A DNA stretch of 32,000 nt from an uncultured bacterium (GCA_963699255.1 OY969425.1:600001-632000), one strand, 5' to 3'. Shown: positions 1 to 10,019, counted from the first letter of the stretch. Notes: generated from the sequence alone by a model not told the origin. Translations and numbers: made by a program.

Positions 1-728
1 AGATCATAGGTCATCTTTAAGATCACAAATGAAAATATCGAGCCGATCATACCGATGATCACGCCTTCTATTATAAAGGGCCATTTTATGAAAGTGTTGG
101 TCGCTCCAACCAGTTTCATTATGGAGATATCTTTTTCTCTCGCTATAACGGTAAGCCTTATCGTATTGATCACAATGAGCAGCGTAGCGACCGAAAGCAT
201 GCAGACCAATATCAGTCCGCCTATCCTTATGGCGGAGGCAAGGGATTCAACCTGTTCTATCAGCTTGCCGCTGAACCTGACCTCTGATATGGAAGGCATC
301 ACCGATATCTGCTTCGCGACCGATGCCACAAGCTCCGGTATCTGCACGGTAACATTAAAGGTGTCAGGAAGAGGATTATCGGAAACAGCGTCTTCCAGCT
401 TCAAGTTCCCGCCGTATTCCTCTTTGAATTTTTTCCACGCATTCTCTTTTGAAATATATTTAACGTCCGCCACGCCGCGCAGCATTGATATCCGGTTAAT
501 AATGCTGTCGACCTCATATTTATCAAGGGACTTGTCCACATAAGCGGAGACCTGTACGTTGCTGCTAATGCCGCCGATAATGCTCCCGATATTCGCGACG
601 CCCATCAGGAACACGCCGAAGACAGTAAGGGAAACAATGACCGTTCCCACCGCAACGAAGCTCATGATCCCGCTTCTCTTAAAGCCCGTCCATGCCTCGC
701 TTACGAAGAACTCGATGCTATTTAGCAC
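1..728 (-). CDS. ftsX: Cell division protein FtsX (partial, runs off the left edge)
   Basis: Minus-strand reading from GTG at 728 gives VLNSIEFFVSEAWTGFKRSGIMSFVAVGTVIVSLTVFGVFLMGVANIGSIIGGISSNVQVSAYVDK, typical FtsX N-terminus; overlaps the ftsE 3' end (stop at 718). Confidence 0.9.
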   Translation of the reverse strand, partial: MLNSIEFFVSEAWTGFKRSGIMSFVAVGTVIVSLTVFGVFLMGVANIGSIIGGISSNVQVSAYVDKSLDKYEVDSIINRISMLRGVADVKYISKENAWKKFKEEYGGNLKLEDAVSDNPLPDTFNVTVQIPELVASVAKQISVMPSISEVRFSGKLIEQVESLASAIRIGGLILVCMLSVATLLIVINTIRLTVIAREKDISIMKLVGATNTFIKWPFIIEGVIIGMIGSIFSFVILKMTYD

Positions 729-1404
729 TTCCGTAAACCCCCAGCTGTTCGTCCCTTATTATCCGCCCCGCTTCAAGGGCTATGACGCGTTTTCTCATGA
801 TATCCACTATGTTCTTATTGTGGGTGGTGACAATGACGGTGGTCCTTCTTTTATTTATCTTGTCGAGAAGGTTGATGATCTCCCAGGAAGTAGCGGGGTC
901 CAGGTTCCCCGTCGGCTCGTCCGCGATCAGAAGAGGCGGATTGTTCACGATAGCTCTTGCGATGCACGCTCTCTGCTGCTCTCCGCCGGAAAGATCATTT
1001 GGAAAACTGTCCGCCTTTTTCTGCAGGCCCACCAGTTCCAGCGCGAGAGAAACATGCCGCCTTATCATAGACCTTGGATGTCCGACCACCTGCATGGCAA
1101 AAGCTATGTTCTCCCACACGGTCCTCTTCGGCAGAAGCTTGAAATCCTGAAAAACGACGCCCATGTTCCTTCTTAAATAAGGGACCTGATAGGATTTAAG
1201 CTGCCCCACATTGATCTTGTCGATTATCACCTGTCCGGAAGTCGGAAGTTCTTCCCTGTACAGAAGCTTCATAAGGGTCGTTTTCCCCGATCCGCTCGGC
1301 CCGACGATGAAAATGAATTCTTCTTTTCCGATGTGGAGATTTATATCGTTCAGGGCTTCAAAATTATTGTGGTAGACCTTGGAAACGCCAACAAGTTGTA
1401 TCAT
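718..1404 (-). CDS. ftsE: Cell division ATP-binding protein FtsE
   Basis: 228 aa ABC ATPase with GPSGSGKTTLMK Walker A, LSGGEQQR signature, DEPTGNLD; adjacent to ftsX. Confidence 0.95.
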   Translation of the reverse strand: MIQLVGVSKVYHNNFEALNDINLHIGKEEFIFIVGPSGSGKTTLMKLLYREELPTSGQVIIDKINVGQLKSYQVPYLRRNMGVVFQDFKLLPKRTVWENIAFAMQVVGHPRSMIRRHVSLALELVGLQKKADSFPNDLSGGEQQRACIARAIVNNPPLLIADEPTGNLDPATSWEIINLLDKINKRRTTVIVTTHNKNIVDIMRKRVIALEAGRIIRDEQLGVYGSAK

Positions 1405-2652
1405 CTATTTATATAAGGGGAATTTGCTGCAAAGCTCTTTAATGCCGGAAGCGACATCCTTTTTCACTTTTTCATCTTCCGGGTTTGAAAGAGTTCTGTT
1501 TATGAACGAGCCGATCATTTTCATCTCATCTTCCTTCATGCCCCGCGTAGTAAGCGCGGGCGTCCCTATCCTTATCCCGGAAGCGACCGAAGCCGCGGCT
1601 GTCTCGAACGGAATGGTGTTCTTGTTCACGGTGATCCCTACAGCGTCAAGAAAAGTTTCCGCCTGCTTGCCCGTAAGATTTTTGTTCCTCAGATCGATGA
1701 GCATAAGGTGGGTATCGGTCCCGCGCGAAACAAGCCTGAAACCGTGTTTCATTAGTTCGTCAGCCAGCGTCTTCGCGTTCTTGATTATCTGCTCCTGATA
1801 TTTTTTGAACTCCGGTTTAAGAGCTTCCCCGAACGCCACCGCTTTCGCGGCGATCACATGCATAAGAGGCCCTCCCTGGCTTCCCGGGAAAACCGACTTA
1901 TTCACCTGTTTGGCATATATTTCAGGGCAAAATATCGCTCCGCCTCTCGGTCCCCTTAATGTTTTATGCGTCGTGGTCGTTACCACGTGTGAACACGGGA
2001 TCGGTGAAGGATGAAGCCCGGCCGCTACAAGACCCGCGATATGCGCCATGTCGATGAACAGGTAAGCGCCAACCTCATCGCATATCTCCCTCATTTTCGG
2101 GAAATCGATGATCCTGGGATACGCGGTAGCGCCCCCGACTATCATCTTCGGCTTGTGCTCCCTGGCGAGGTCCCTCATCTGGTCATAATCGATGAATTCA
2201 TTGTCCTGCCTGACGCCGTATGAAATGAAATGAAAGTACATGCCGGAAATATTGACGGGGCTTCCATGGGTCAGGTGGCCTCCGTGGGAAAGATTAAGCC
2301 CCATTACGGTATCACCCGGCTTGATAAAGGACATATATGCGGACATGTTCGCCTGTGACCCGGAATGCGGCTGGACGTTCGCGTGCTCGCAGTTGAACAG
2401 CTTTTTCGCTCTTTCTATCGCAAGCGTCTCTACGATATCGACGTATTCGCATCCGCCGTAATATCGTTTTCCCGGATAACCCTCCGCGTATTTATTTGTA
2501 AGGACTGTGCCCTGGGCTTCCATAACGGCGCGGCTTGTGAAATTTTCAGACGCGATCATCTCAAGCTTGTTCTGCTGCCTGTCAAATTCCAGGTCGATCG
2601 CCCTGGCTACTTCGGGATCTGTTTTTCTTATGTGGTCGATATTAAAGTGCAT
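1405..2652 (-). CDS. glyA: Serine hydroxymethyltransferase
   Basis: 415 aa; PLP motif [14 protein letters not shown], full-length SHMT sequence. Confidence 0.98.
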   Translation of the reverse strand: MHFNIDHIRKTDPEVARAIDLEFDRQQNKLEMIASENFTSRAVMEAQGTVLTNKYAEGYPGKRYYGGCEYVDIVETLAIERAKKLFNCEHANVQPHSGSQANMSAYMSFIKPGDTVMGLNLSHGGHLTHGSPVNISGMYFHFISYGVRQDNEFIDYDQMRDLAREHKPKMIVGGATAYPRIIDFPKMREICDEVGAYLFIDMAHIAGLVAAGLHPSPIPCSHVVTTTTHKTLRGPRGGAIFCPEIYAKQVNKSVFPGSQGGPLMHVIAAKAVAFGEALKPEFKKYQEQIIKNAKTLADELMKHGFRLVSRGTDTHLMLIDLRNKNLTGKQAETFLDAVGITVNKNTIPFETAAASVASGIRIGTPALTTRGMKEDEMKMIGSFINRTLSNPEDEKVKKDVASGIKELCSKFPLYK

Positions 2653-2688
2653 AACGGAATATTATTTTATCATAACGCGGGACCGCCG

Positions 2689-4739
2689 TCAATTTCTCCG
2701 GATCACCCTGGCCGGAGGATAACGAACGATGCCATGCGACCCAAAAGAGGATATGCCAAACTGTGAATTATCAACAGAGATATCGTCAAGGAACCAGCCT
2801 CTGAAACCATTATATTTCCTGTCCCCCGTTTTGAATACGAAACGAATCTTGATGAGATCGCCGGCATACGGCGTCAGGTCAAAATTATGCTGGACCCAGA
2901 CGCCTGGTTGATTAAAACCTCCGGAGGTATATGCCTCACCGGACACAGTAATAGATTTTGCGGGATCTTCATAAGGATTTAAATATCCAAGCAGGTCCCA
3001 TGTCGTGTAAGGACTTTTTGACACTGAAATAAGCATGGAATCATATCCGTTCCCCTGGGCGGGATTCTTCCCTTCTATCTCCCACCATGTCCAGAAACTC
3101 AACTTTCCGGAAGAATAGCCCGCAAGGTTCATCTCCGGCGATTCCAGTGTTCCGCTATTACCATTGACATACGAATCGCCTCCGGTACCGCTTTCGGTCG
3201 TCGCGACATCCTGCGGGTCCTGGTTCCCTATATAGGAAGCCTCGACCGTCGCCGGAAATGTCTGTCCGTACCAGAAGTAATAATGATGCCCTAAAGAAGA
3301 ATCTTTGTCATAAGGAATTGACCCATCATCACTAAGGTATACTTTCCTTGTCTGAGTTGTATCGGTACGGTTAAAATAATTTTTAAATCTCGTACCCTCG
3401 CCATCCTTTGCGCTGTCATCCTGTCTGTGCCAGAAATTATTTTGATATTGATCGGCAAATGTAATGAATCCCTGGGTGCCGGACTCAAAAGTGTAATTGA
3501 ATGCATCGGATGTCCCAACATAAGGAAGGTAGAAAGTATTTGCATTGACCGTGCTTCCGTTAATTACGGTGACGGACTCCGAAGAACTTATGTAATTATC
3601 CGCGTAAGCAGAAACATTTGTAGCCCCGACCGGGACGTTATATAAAGTATATATCCCGCTTTGGTCCGTATACGCCACACCGCCATTGGATTCCGCGACC
3701 CTGGCCTGATAAAGTCCGGTGCCGTAAAGTCTTTTGACCATACCCGTGATATTTCCCTGGTATTGTTGGAAAGAAGCCAAGTCGATATTCAGGGTGGTCT
3801 GGTTCCCGGACGTTATGGTTTCAGCACTTGAATATAAACTATAGCCCAGAGCAGAGGCATAAACCTCCGTTGTTCCCACAGGAATGTCCGTCAATTTATA
3901 ATTCCCTGAACTGTCCGTTACGTCATAATTTGTTACCGTCCAGACGTTAGCCCCTGAGACCGGAACGCCGCTGCTGGTGACAGTTCCCTGTATCCACCCC
4001 GGCGCGGGATATATCTGCATTATCGCCGCTATCCACCCCATCTGATTAGTATAGAAGTCTATCGTGCCGGTAGCAGCCGTTGGATATCCTTGCCCCAGAA
4101 GATCCCAATTAAGAGTATTTGTATTGAAATTGTGAAATTCACCTCTTGTGTTGCAGGTACCTGAGTTAAATTAGGTATGGAAAGTTTTGCCTGAGCACCA
4201 AGCGTAATATTATCCGGCTTTGCATAGATAATATATGAAACGAATTGATTTCCCTCCGGCGGATTATACGGAGCGGCTACCTTGGGAACGGTCGTAAGGA
4301 CAACATTGGTTGTAGTGGAAAAAGCCCCGGCGGGGAACACCATCTTTATGCTGCCGGTGGTGTTCCCCGCTGTGCCCCCGGATGGAGAGATCGGCGTTAC
4401 CTTGCTGTCCAGGTCCGCAAGGACAGCGATCCCCGCATTCGCGCTCGTTCCCCCTGAAAAAGTGACCTTCCTGTATGAAGAGGTATGCGCGACGGAATTG
4501 ATCTTTATGATCTTTACCCCGGAAGGAAGGTTAATAAAAGAATATCTGCCGTTCGAAAGGGTCTTTGCGGTGGCGCTGTCCACAACTACATCGGCGTTCG
4601 ATATCGGGCTGTAAGCCAGGTCAACGACAGTTCCATAGAGATTGCCGACGCCTCCGCCGCCGCCCGCTCTGCCGCACCCGCCAAGAAACAAAGAGCATCC
4701 GATAAGAAATATCATCAACCACGAAATTCGCGTCCTCAT
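2689..4739 (-). pseudogene. Surface lipoprotein with carboxypeptidase-regulatory-like domains and a C-terminal immune-inhibitor-A/MAM-like domain, interrupted by a 1-nt frameshift near 4131-4142
   Basis: ORF 4059..4739 has lipobox-like IFLIGCSLFLGGC then VGNLYGTVVD..; ORF 2689..4041 has no upstream start of its own and continues the same protein in the -1 frame (EFHNFNTNTLNWDLLGQGYPTAATGTIDFYTNQMGWIAAIMQIYPAPGWIQGTV..). Confidence 0.75.
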
Positions 4740-4790
4740 TATATATAGTTTAACCAGATATGGGCCTTAAATCAAGATATTTGCCGAGAT

Positions 4791-4859
4791 AACCCCTTCT
4801 GTTCCTCGCTATCGCTCGGAACTTCTCCCCCTTAGTAAGGGGGAGATACAGTGGGGGTT
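4791..4859. repeat. Palindromic intergenic repeat, family A copy 1 (outer stem plus two hairpins)
   Basis: AACCCCTTCTGTTCCTCGCTATCGCTCGGAACTTCTCCCCCTTAGTAAGGGGGAGATACAGTGGGGGTT; matches the copy at 21278..21349. Confidence 0.85.
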
Positions 4860-4872
4860 AGGCAATTCATGT

Positions 4873-4901
4873 TTGCCAAGAGGAAGTGAACTGTGTATAA
4901 T
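4873..4901 (+). promoter_or_regulatory. Putative sigma70-type promoter, TTGCCA-N17-TATAAT, 9 nt before the ATG at 4911
   Basis: TTGCCA 4873-4878, 17-nt spacer, TATAAT 4896-4901. Confidence 0.65.
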
Positions 4902-4910
4902 AAAACCTTC

Positions 4911-5195
4911 ATGGCGGAAAAAAAAGAAGATCAGGAAGAAGCTCAGACGTGCGAGGAATGCGGCGGCACCCTTAAACCGAACAAAATAAGGCTTGAGGAA
5001 TTCGAGGGCGGAAAGCTTTTTGTTATAGAGGACGCACCCGTGATGGAGTGCGAAAGCTGCGGAGAAGTCTGGGTCCCTCAGCCCATAATCGACGAGTTTG
5101 AACAGATGATGGATGCGGCCAAGAAGAACAAACCACTGAAAAAATTACAGCCGAAGATCGATGCGTCTAAAGCGCATAAAACTAAAAAGAAATAA
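4911..5195 (+). CDS. YgiT-type zinc finger domain protein
   Basis: MAEKKEDQEEAQTCEECGGTLKP...VMECESCGEVWVPQPIIDEFEQ, paired CxxC motifs as in YgiT/MqsA N-terminal domains. The track places the start at GTG 4893; ATG 4911 is preferred because the putative -10 lies at 4896-4901. Confidence 0.8.
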   Translation: MAEKKEDQEEAQTCEECGGTLKPNKIRLEEFEGGKLFVIEDAPVMECESCGEVWVPQPIIDEFEQMMDAAKKNKPLKKLQPKIDASKAHKTKKK

Positions 5196-5207
5196 GGAGA
5201 TATCAGC

Positions 5208-6368
5208 ATGGAAACAGAACTGGGAAAAGGAAAAAGGACAAGAAGGACCTATGGGTTTGACGAGATAGCTCTGGCGGCTTCGATCATTACGGTCAACCCG
5301 GATGATGTCGATATATCAACGACCATCGCGGGCATAAAACTAAAGCTCCCGATAATAGCGTCCGCGATGGATGGGGTCGTAAGCCCGAAGACGGCGATAT
5401 TGATGAGCAAATACGGCGGGCTTGGAGTACTGAACCTGCAGGGCGTCTGGGCAAAATACGAGAACGCGGACGAGATCCTGGAGCAGATAGCTTCCACCTC
5501 AAAAGACGAATACGTGGCGCTGATGCAGAAAATATACCTGGAACCGTCAAAACCAAAGCTCGTGGAAAAAAGGATAAAGGAGATCAAGGCTGCCGGCGCG
5601 AAAGTCGCCGTTTCTTCCATTCCTCAGCAGGCAATGGAATTTGGCCCTCTGGCAGCAAAGGCCGGAGCCGACGTATTCTTTATTCAGGCAACGGTGTTTT
5701 CAACAAAACACAAATCAACGGGATCAAATATGCTTGTACTGCCGGATTTCTGCAAAGAAATAAAGATCCCGGTGGTAGTGGGCAATTGCGCCACATATGA
5801 CGTAGCTCTTGACCTTATGAAGAACGGCGCGGCCGCAGTCCTTGTCGGTATAGGCCCTGGAGCCGCCTGCACATCCAGAGGCGTTCTCGGCATAGGGATA
5901 CCTATGGCTACAGCCATATCAGACTGCGCGGCTGCCAGGGAAACTCACTTTAAAGAAACAGGAAAATATGTTCCTATCATCGGCGACGGCGGAATGGCAG
6001 TTGGCGGAGACATATGCAAAGCTATCGCCTGCGGCGCGGATGCTGTAATGATCGGCTCCCCTATCGCAAAAGCAGAAGAAGCTCCCGGAAGGGGCTTTCA
6101 CTGGGGAATGGCAACGCCAAGCCCGGTGCTTCCCAGAGGAACAAGGATAAAAGTCGGAACGATCGGGACACTGAAGGAAATACTTCTTGGCCCGGCAAAA
6201 TACGATGACGGCTCAATGAATTTCGAGGGAAGCCTTAAGACATCCATGGGAACGCTCGGAGCATCCAACATTAAAGAAATGCAGCACGTGGAAGTGGTCA
6301 TAGCTCCTTCGATCCTGACCGAAGGGAAAGTCTATCAAAAAGCCCAGCAGCTGGGGATGTACAAGTAG
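5208..6368 (+). CDS. GuaB3-like IMP dehydrogenase family protein
   Basis: 386 aa; IMPDH-family barrel (ASAMDGVVSPKTAI, GIGPGAACTSRGVLGIG, ADAVMIGSP); SD AAGGAG upstream of ATG. Confidence 0.85.
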   Translation: METELGKGKRTRRTYGFDEIALAASIITVNPDDVDISTTIAGIKLKLPIIASAMDGVVSPKTAILMSKYGGLGVLNLQGVWAKYENADEILEQIASTSKDEYVALMQKIYLEPSKPKLVEKRIKEIKAAGAKVAVSSIPQQAMEFGPLAAKAGADVFFIQATVFSTKHKSTGSNMLVLPDFCKEIKIPVVVGNCATYDVALDLMKNGAAAVLVGIGPGAACTSRGVLGIGIPMATAISDCAAARETHFKETGKYVPIIGDGGMAVGGDICKAIACGADAVMIGSPIAKAEEAPGRGFHWGMATPSPVLPRGTRIKVGTIGTLKEILLGPAKYDDGSMNFEGSLKTSMGTLGASNIKEMQHVEVVIAPSILTEGKVYQKAQQLGMYK

Positions 6369-6423
6369 AGATGTTCAGAATATCAGTAGATCAGAGTATC
6401 AGAAAGAGTTAAGGCTAGGTGTC

Positions 6424-6450
6424 GCGGAGTCAAGCTCCGCTCTTTTTATT
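6424..6450 (+). terminator. Rho-independent terminator downstream of the guaB3-like gene
   Basis: GCGGAG-TCAAG-CTCCGC-TCTTTTTATT. Confidence 0.75.
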
Positions 6451-6493
6451 CAAAGAGCACAGCTTGCCTGTGCGAAGCCACTCAAGTGGAGCA

Positions 6494-7066
6494 CTAGAAC
6501 CCGAATGGATCCTTATCGTACAGGATATCAAGCTCCGGGTTGATCATATGCAGCTCTTTCATAAAATCATCCCACCTGTCCTCATGCTCCCATTTACTTC
6601 CAATGCCAACACCGGTAAGCATTAGATCTATGTGTTTCAAATTCGGTAAGTTCCTCATGAACTCGACAGCTTCCATCCCTTCTTTGCCTATCTGCTTGTT
6701 ATTATACAAATTCAATCTCTCCAGTTTTTTGATGCATGAAAGATTGTTGAACTCATTCCCCTTGATAGCAAAAGAACCGGACAGGTCCACTTCCGTCAGG
6801 TTACGAAAGCTCTCAAAAAGCAGTATCCCCTTTCCGGTAATGCAAGAATTGGGCAAAGATATAGCCTGCACACTATCCAGCCATTTAAATGACTTCAGTT
6901 TCACGATCGTCCTGATCAGGTCTTCATTAGTACATAAGTTCTTCATGTCCAGCCTGATCAAGCGCTTATCAATGCTCATCCCCTTTATCTCCTTCCCGCA
7001 GCTCTGCCTTAGCCTCAATGAAAGGTTCTGAGAGTCCCAACTAATTATTCTTTGTAAGCCGGACAT
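6494..7066 (-). CDS. Small leucine-rich-repeat protein
   Basis: LRR-like units (LTEVDLSGSFAIKG, LERLNLYNNKQIGKEG, LKHIDLMLTGVGI). Track start is 7111, but ATG 7066 (MSGLQR) follows a strong SD GGAGGGAG. Confidence 0.7.
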   Translation of the reverse strand: MSGLQRIISWDSQNLSLRLRQSCGKEIKGMSIDKRLIRLDMKNLCTNEDLIRTIVKLKSFKWLDSVQAISLPNSCITGKGILLFESFRNLTEVDLSGSFAIKGNEFNNLSCIKKLERLNLYNNKQIGKEGMEAVEFMRNLPNLKHIDLMLTGVGIGSKWEHEDRWDDFMKELHMINPELDILYDKDPFGF

Positions 7067-7167
7067 ATACTCCCTCCATATTTCGCATATAATATATATC
7101 GTTAAAAACACTGAAAAGTTTCAGTTTGATTTGTCGACCTTTTGTGATAATATTGCCGCAATTTAAA

Positions 7168-8727
7168 ATGCCTTCTAAAGCACACGACCTAGTAGTTATC
7201 CTTGATTTCGGAGCTCAATACAGCCAGCTCATAGCCAGACGCGTGCGCGAGTGCAATGTCTACTCGGAGATACTTCCCTTCGATACTCCCCTTGAAGAGC
7301 TGAGGAAACGCAAAACAAAGGCGGTAATACTTTCCGGCGGCCCCTCAAGCGTTTACGATAAGGATGCTCCAAAGCCCGACCCGAAGGTATGGAACTCGGG
7401 CATACCAATGCTGGGAATATGCTATGGCGTCCAGCTCATGGCGGAGAACCTTGGCGGCAAAGTCTACCCGGGTTCCAAGAAGGAATACGGCAAGACGGAA
7501 CTGCTCATCGACGACAATTCCGACCTCTTCGCGGGCATGCTTACGAGCATGGATTGCTGGATGAGCCACGGCGACAAGGTAGCGCAGATGCCTCAGGGAT
7601 TTCGAAAACTGGCCCACTCCCTGAACACTGAATTCGCCGCCATCGGGAACGCGGAAAAGAGGATCTACGGAGTCCAATTCCATCCCGAGGTAGTCCACAC
7701 GCCGAAGGGAATAGAGATAATCAAGAACTTCGTCTACATCATCGCTGACTGCAAGCCAACATGGACCACAAAATCATTCATTGAAAAATCTGTGGCGGAA
7801 ATAAGGGCAGAGGTGGGCAAAGAGAATATCCTCTGCGCCCTTTCCGGCGGAGTTGATTCAACCACGGTGGCCGCCCTCGTGAAAGAAGCGGTGGCCGACC
7901 AGCTTTACTGCATGTTCATTGACCAGGGCTTCATGCGAAGGAATGAGCCGCAAAAGATCAATGAGGTCTTCACGAAAAGGTTCAAGATAAAGAATTTCAT
8001 ATATATCGACGCCTCAGAGAGGTTCTTCGCGAAATTGAAGGGGGTCACGGACCCCGAACAGAAAAGAAAGCTGATCGGTACGGAATTCATCAGGACATTC
8101 GAGGAGGAAGCCAAGAAACTGGGTGCTATGCCCTATCTTGCGCAGGGAACCCTATATCCTGATGTGATAGAGAGCGCGGTCCCCGGAATTTCTTCCAAAG
8201 CGGCCACGATGATAAAGACCCATCACAATGTGGGAGGCCTGCCGAAGGACATCAAATTCAAGCTGATCGAACCCCTGAAACAGCTGTTCAAAGACGAAGT
8301 GAGGATCCTCGGAAGAGAACTTGGAGTGCCCGATGAGATAGTTTCAAGGCAGCCGTTCCCGGGCCCCGGCCTCGCGATCAGGATCATAGGCGAAGTAACA
8401 AAGGAAAGGGTGGACATTCTGCAGAGAGCCGATGAGATAGTCATGGATGAGATAAGGGACGCGGATTATTACAAGAAGCTCTGGCAGTCGTTCGCGGTGC
8501 TACTTCCTATCAGGACGGTCGGCGTTATGGGGGATAAGAGGACTTACCTGAACACCATCGCGCTCAGGGCCGTAACCTCCGTTGACGCGATGACCGCTGA
8601 CTGGGCAAAACTCCCTTATGAGCTTCTTGAAAGGATATCGAACCGGATAGTGAATGAGCTGCCCGAGGTCAACAGGGTCGTCTACGATATTTCCTCAAAG
8701 CCCCCGTCAACGATCGAGTGGGAATAA
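7168..8727 (+). CDS. guaA: GMP synthase (glutamine-hydrolysing)
   Basis: GATase (GICYGVQLM), PP-loop [14 protein letters not shown]-term KPPSTIEWE; start assigned at [20 protein letters not shown]. Confidence 0.97.
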   Translation: MPSKAHDLVVILDFGAQYSQLIARRVRECNVYSEILPFDTPLEELRKRKTKAVILSGGPSSVYDKDAPKPDPKVWNSGIPMLGICYGVQLMAENLGGKVYPGSKKEYGKTELLIDDNSDLFAGMLTSMDCWMSHGDKVAQMPQGFRKLAHSLNTEFAAIGNAEKRIYGVQFHPEVVHTPKGIEIIKNFVYIIADCKPTWTTKSFIEKSVAEIRAEVGKENILCALSGGVDSTTVAALVKEAVADQLYCMFIDQGFMRRNEPQKINEVFTKRFKIKNFIYIDASERFFAKLKGVTDPEQKRKLIGTEFIRTFEEEAKKLGAMPYLAQGTLYPDVIESAVPGISSKAATMIKTHHNVGGLPKDIKFKLIEPLKQLFKDEVRILGRELGVPDEIVSRQPFPGPGLAIRIIGEVTKERVDILQRADEIVMDEIRDADYYKKLWQSFAVLLPIRTVGVMGDKRTYLNTIALRAVTSVDAMTADWAKLPYELLERISNRIVNELPEVNRVVYDISSKPPSTIEWE

Positions 8728-8740
8728 AACCCAGCAAATT

Positions 8741-8838
8741 AACAATTTCATAATTAACAACATAGTGTCGCCTTCGGCGACATATTATAATAATCTTTCC
8801 TTGTTGTTCATTGTGTCATTGTTCATTGTTAATTCTTC
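8741..8838. repeat. AT-rich imperfect intergenic inverted repeat with central GC hairpin
   Basis: Left arm attaacaatttcataattaacaacat, centre TGTCGCC-TTC-GGCGACA (8766-8782), right arm gttgttcattgtgtcattgttcattgttaat. Confidence 0.6.
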
Positions 8839-10019
8839 CTGAATATCTTCCTGATCCTGTCATTTCGAGTCTGCAGCTGCGCTGACTGATGTTCGGCCAG
8901 TGTCTTTGTGAATATATGCGACCCGTCGGCTCTCGCAACAAAATAGAGATAATCGCTGTTCGCGGGGAACATGGCCGCTTTGACCGAAGACAGACCCGGA
9001 TTGCAGATAGGCCCCGGAGGAAGGCCGTAATGCCTGTAGGTATTATAAGGGGATTCTATCTTCAGGTCGTCGTAGCTCACGATCTTCCCGGGCCGCTCAA
9101 GAGCATACTTAATGGTGGGATCCGCTCCGAGACGCATCCTGATCCGCAGCCTGTTGTGAAAAACGGAAGATATCATCGGCCTTTCGCCAGGCATCTCAGC
9201 TTCTTTCTCTATTATTGAGGCGAGCGTGAGAATATCATGCAAGCTTAGCTTAACCTTCATCTTTCTGTAATTTTTTCTCCAGTATGGCATGACCACATTA
9301 TTGAACCTGTTCAGCATAAGACCGGCCATCTGTTCCGTGTTGATGTTCGAAGGGACCAGATAAGTGTCGGGGAATAAATACCCTTCGAGCGAATCGGTCG
9401 GGATGTCCATCAGAAAACCATATTTTAACAGCAAAGAGCTTGTCAGAGCGTTCCTCGCAAGCCCCTGGAACGAAATGCCGTCCCCCACACCCTCCTTTTC
9501 CATGAACCGGCCCATTTTGTATATCGATAATCCCTCCGGAAATACAAGCTTCACAAGCATCGGCGGGATTATCTCGCCCCTGCTTATCTTAGAGACGATC
9601 CTGATAAGCGACATGTTCGGGGTGAATTCATAAGTGCCGGCCTGCATCCTGTTCTGGAGCCGGAAGATGTTCACTATCATATTGAAGCCGTACCTGCCCT
9701 CAACGATGCCGCGCGATTCAAGAAGTTCGGCGACCTGATTCGCGCCGTATCCTTTTGGAATATTTATGACATAGAGTGTTCTGTCGAACCTGTTACCCAC
9801 CTGAAAAAAAACGCACGCGATAGTAAGCGGAAATATCAAGAGCATTATTACGATGGTTTTGCCTATTCCCTTTTGCAAAAAAAGTGTCAGGTCCCTTTTC
9901 AGCGGCCTGTAAACATATTTGACGAACCACCTCAGGAACATCCTCAAACCGGTCATGAACCGCCTGAGATACCTCCTGATGATCGGATGCTCATATATAT
10001 GGCGTAAAGTTTTTTTCAT
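8829..10019 (-). CDS. mltG: Endolytic transglycosylase MltG (YceG-like)
   Basis: 396 aa; N-terminal TM; LASIIEKEAEMPGERPMISSVFHNRL, DPTIKYAL, YNTYRHYGLPPGPICNPG. Confidence 0.93.
   Translation of the reverse strand: MKKTLRHIYEHPIIRRYLRRFMTGLRMFLRWFVKYVYRPLKRDLTLFLQKGIGKTIVIMLLIFPLTIACVFFQVGNRFDRTLYVINIPKGYGANQVAELLESRGIVEGRYGFNMIVNIFRLQNRMQAGTYEFTPNMSLIRIVSKISRGEIIPPMLVKLVFPEGLSIYKMGRFMEKEGVGDGISFQGLARNALTSSLLLKYGFLMDIPTDSLEGYLFPDTYLVPSNINTEQMAGLMLNRFNNVVMPYWRKNYRKMKVKLSLHDILTLASIIEKEAEMPGERPMISSVFHNRLRIRMRLGADPTIKYALERPGKIVSYDDLKIESPYNTYRHYGLPPGPICNPGLSSVKAAMFPANSDYLYFVARADGSHIFTKTLAEHQSAQLQTRNDRIRKIFRKN

Noticed and set aside
559-1176. 205-aa plus-strand ORF antisense to ftsX/ftsE
   Set aside because: Overlaps two confidently identified genes; no domain pattern or SD support.
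4125-4145. Programmed frameshift in the lipoprotein gene
   Set aside because: GTG AAT TTC ACA lacks a canonical slippery heptamer; treated as an indel, pending read-level checks.
4737-4772. Possible near-leaderless promoter TTGATT-N17-TAAACT before the lipoprotein ATG 4739
   Set aside because: Both boxes match consensus at only 4/6 in AT-rich sequence; too weak to count with the stronger four.
7126-7170. guaA leaderless promoter
   Set aside because: GATAAT/TAATAT candidates exist and no SD is seen, but -35 match and spacing are ambiguous, so it is not counted.
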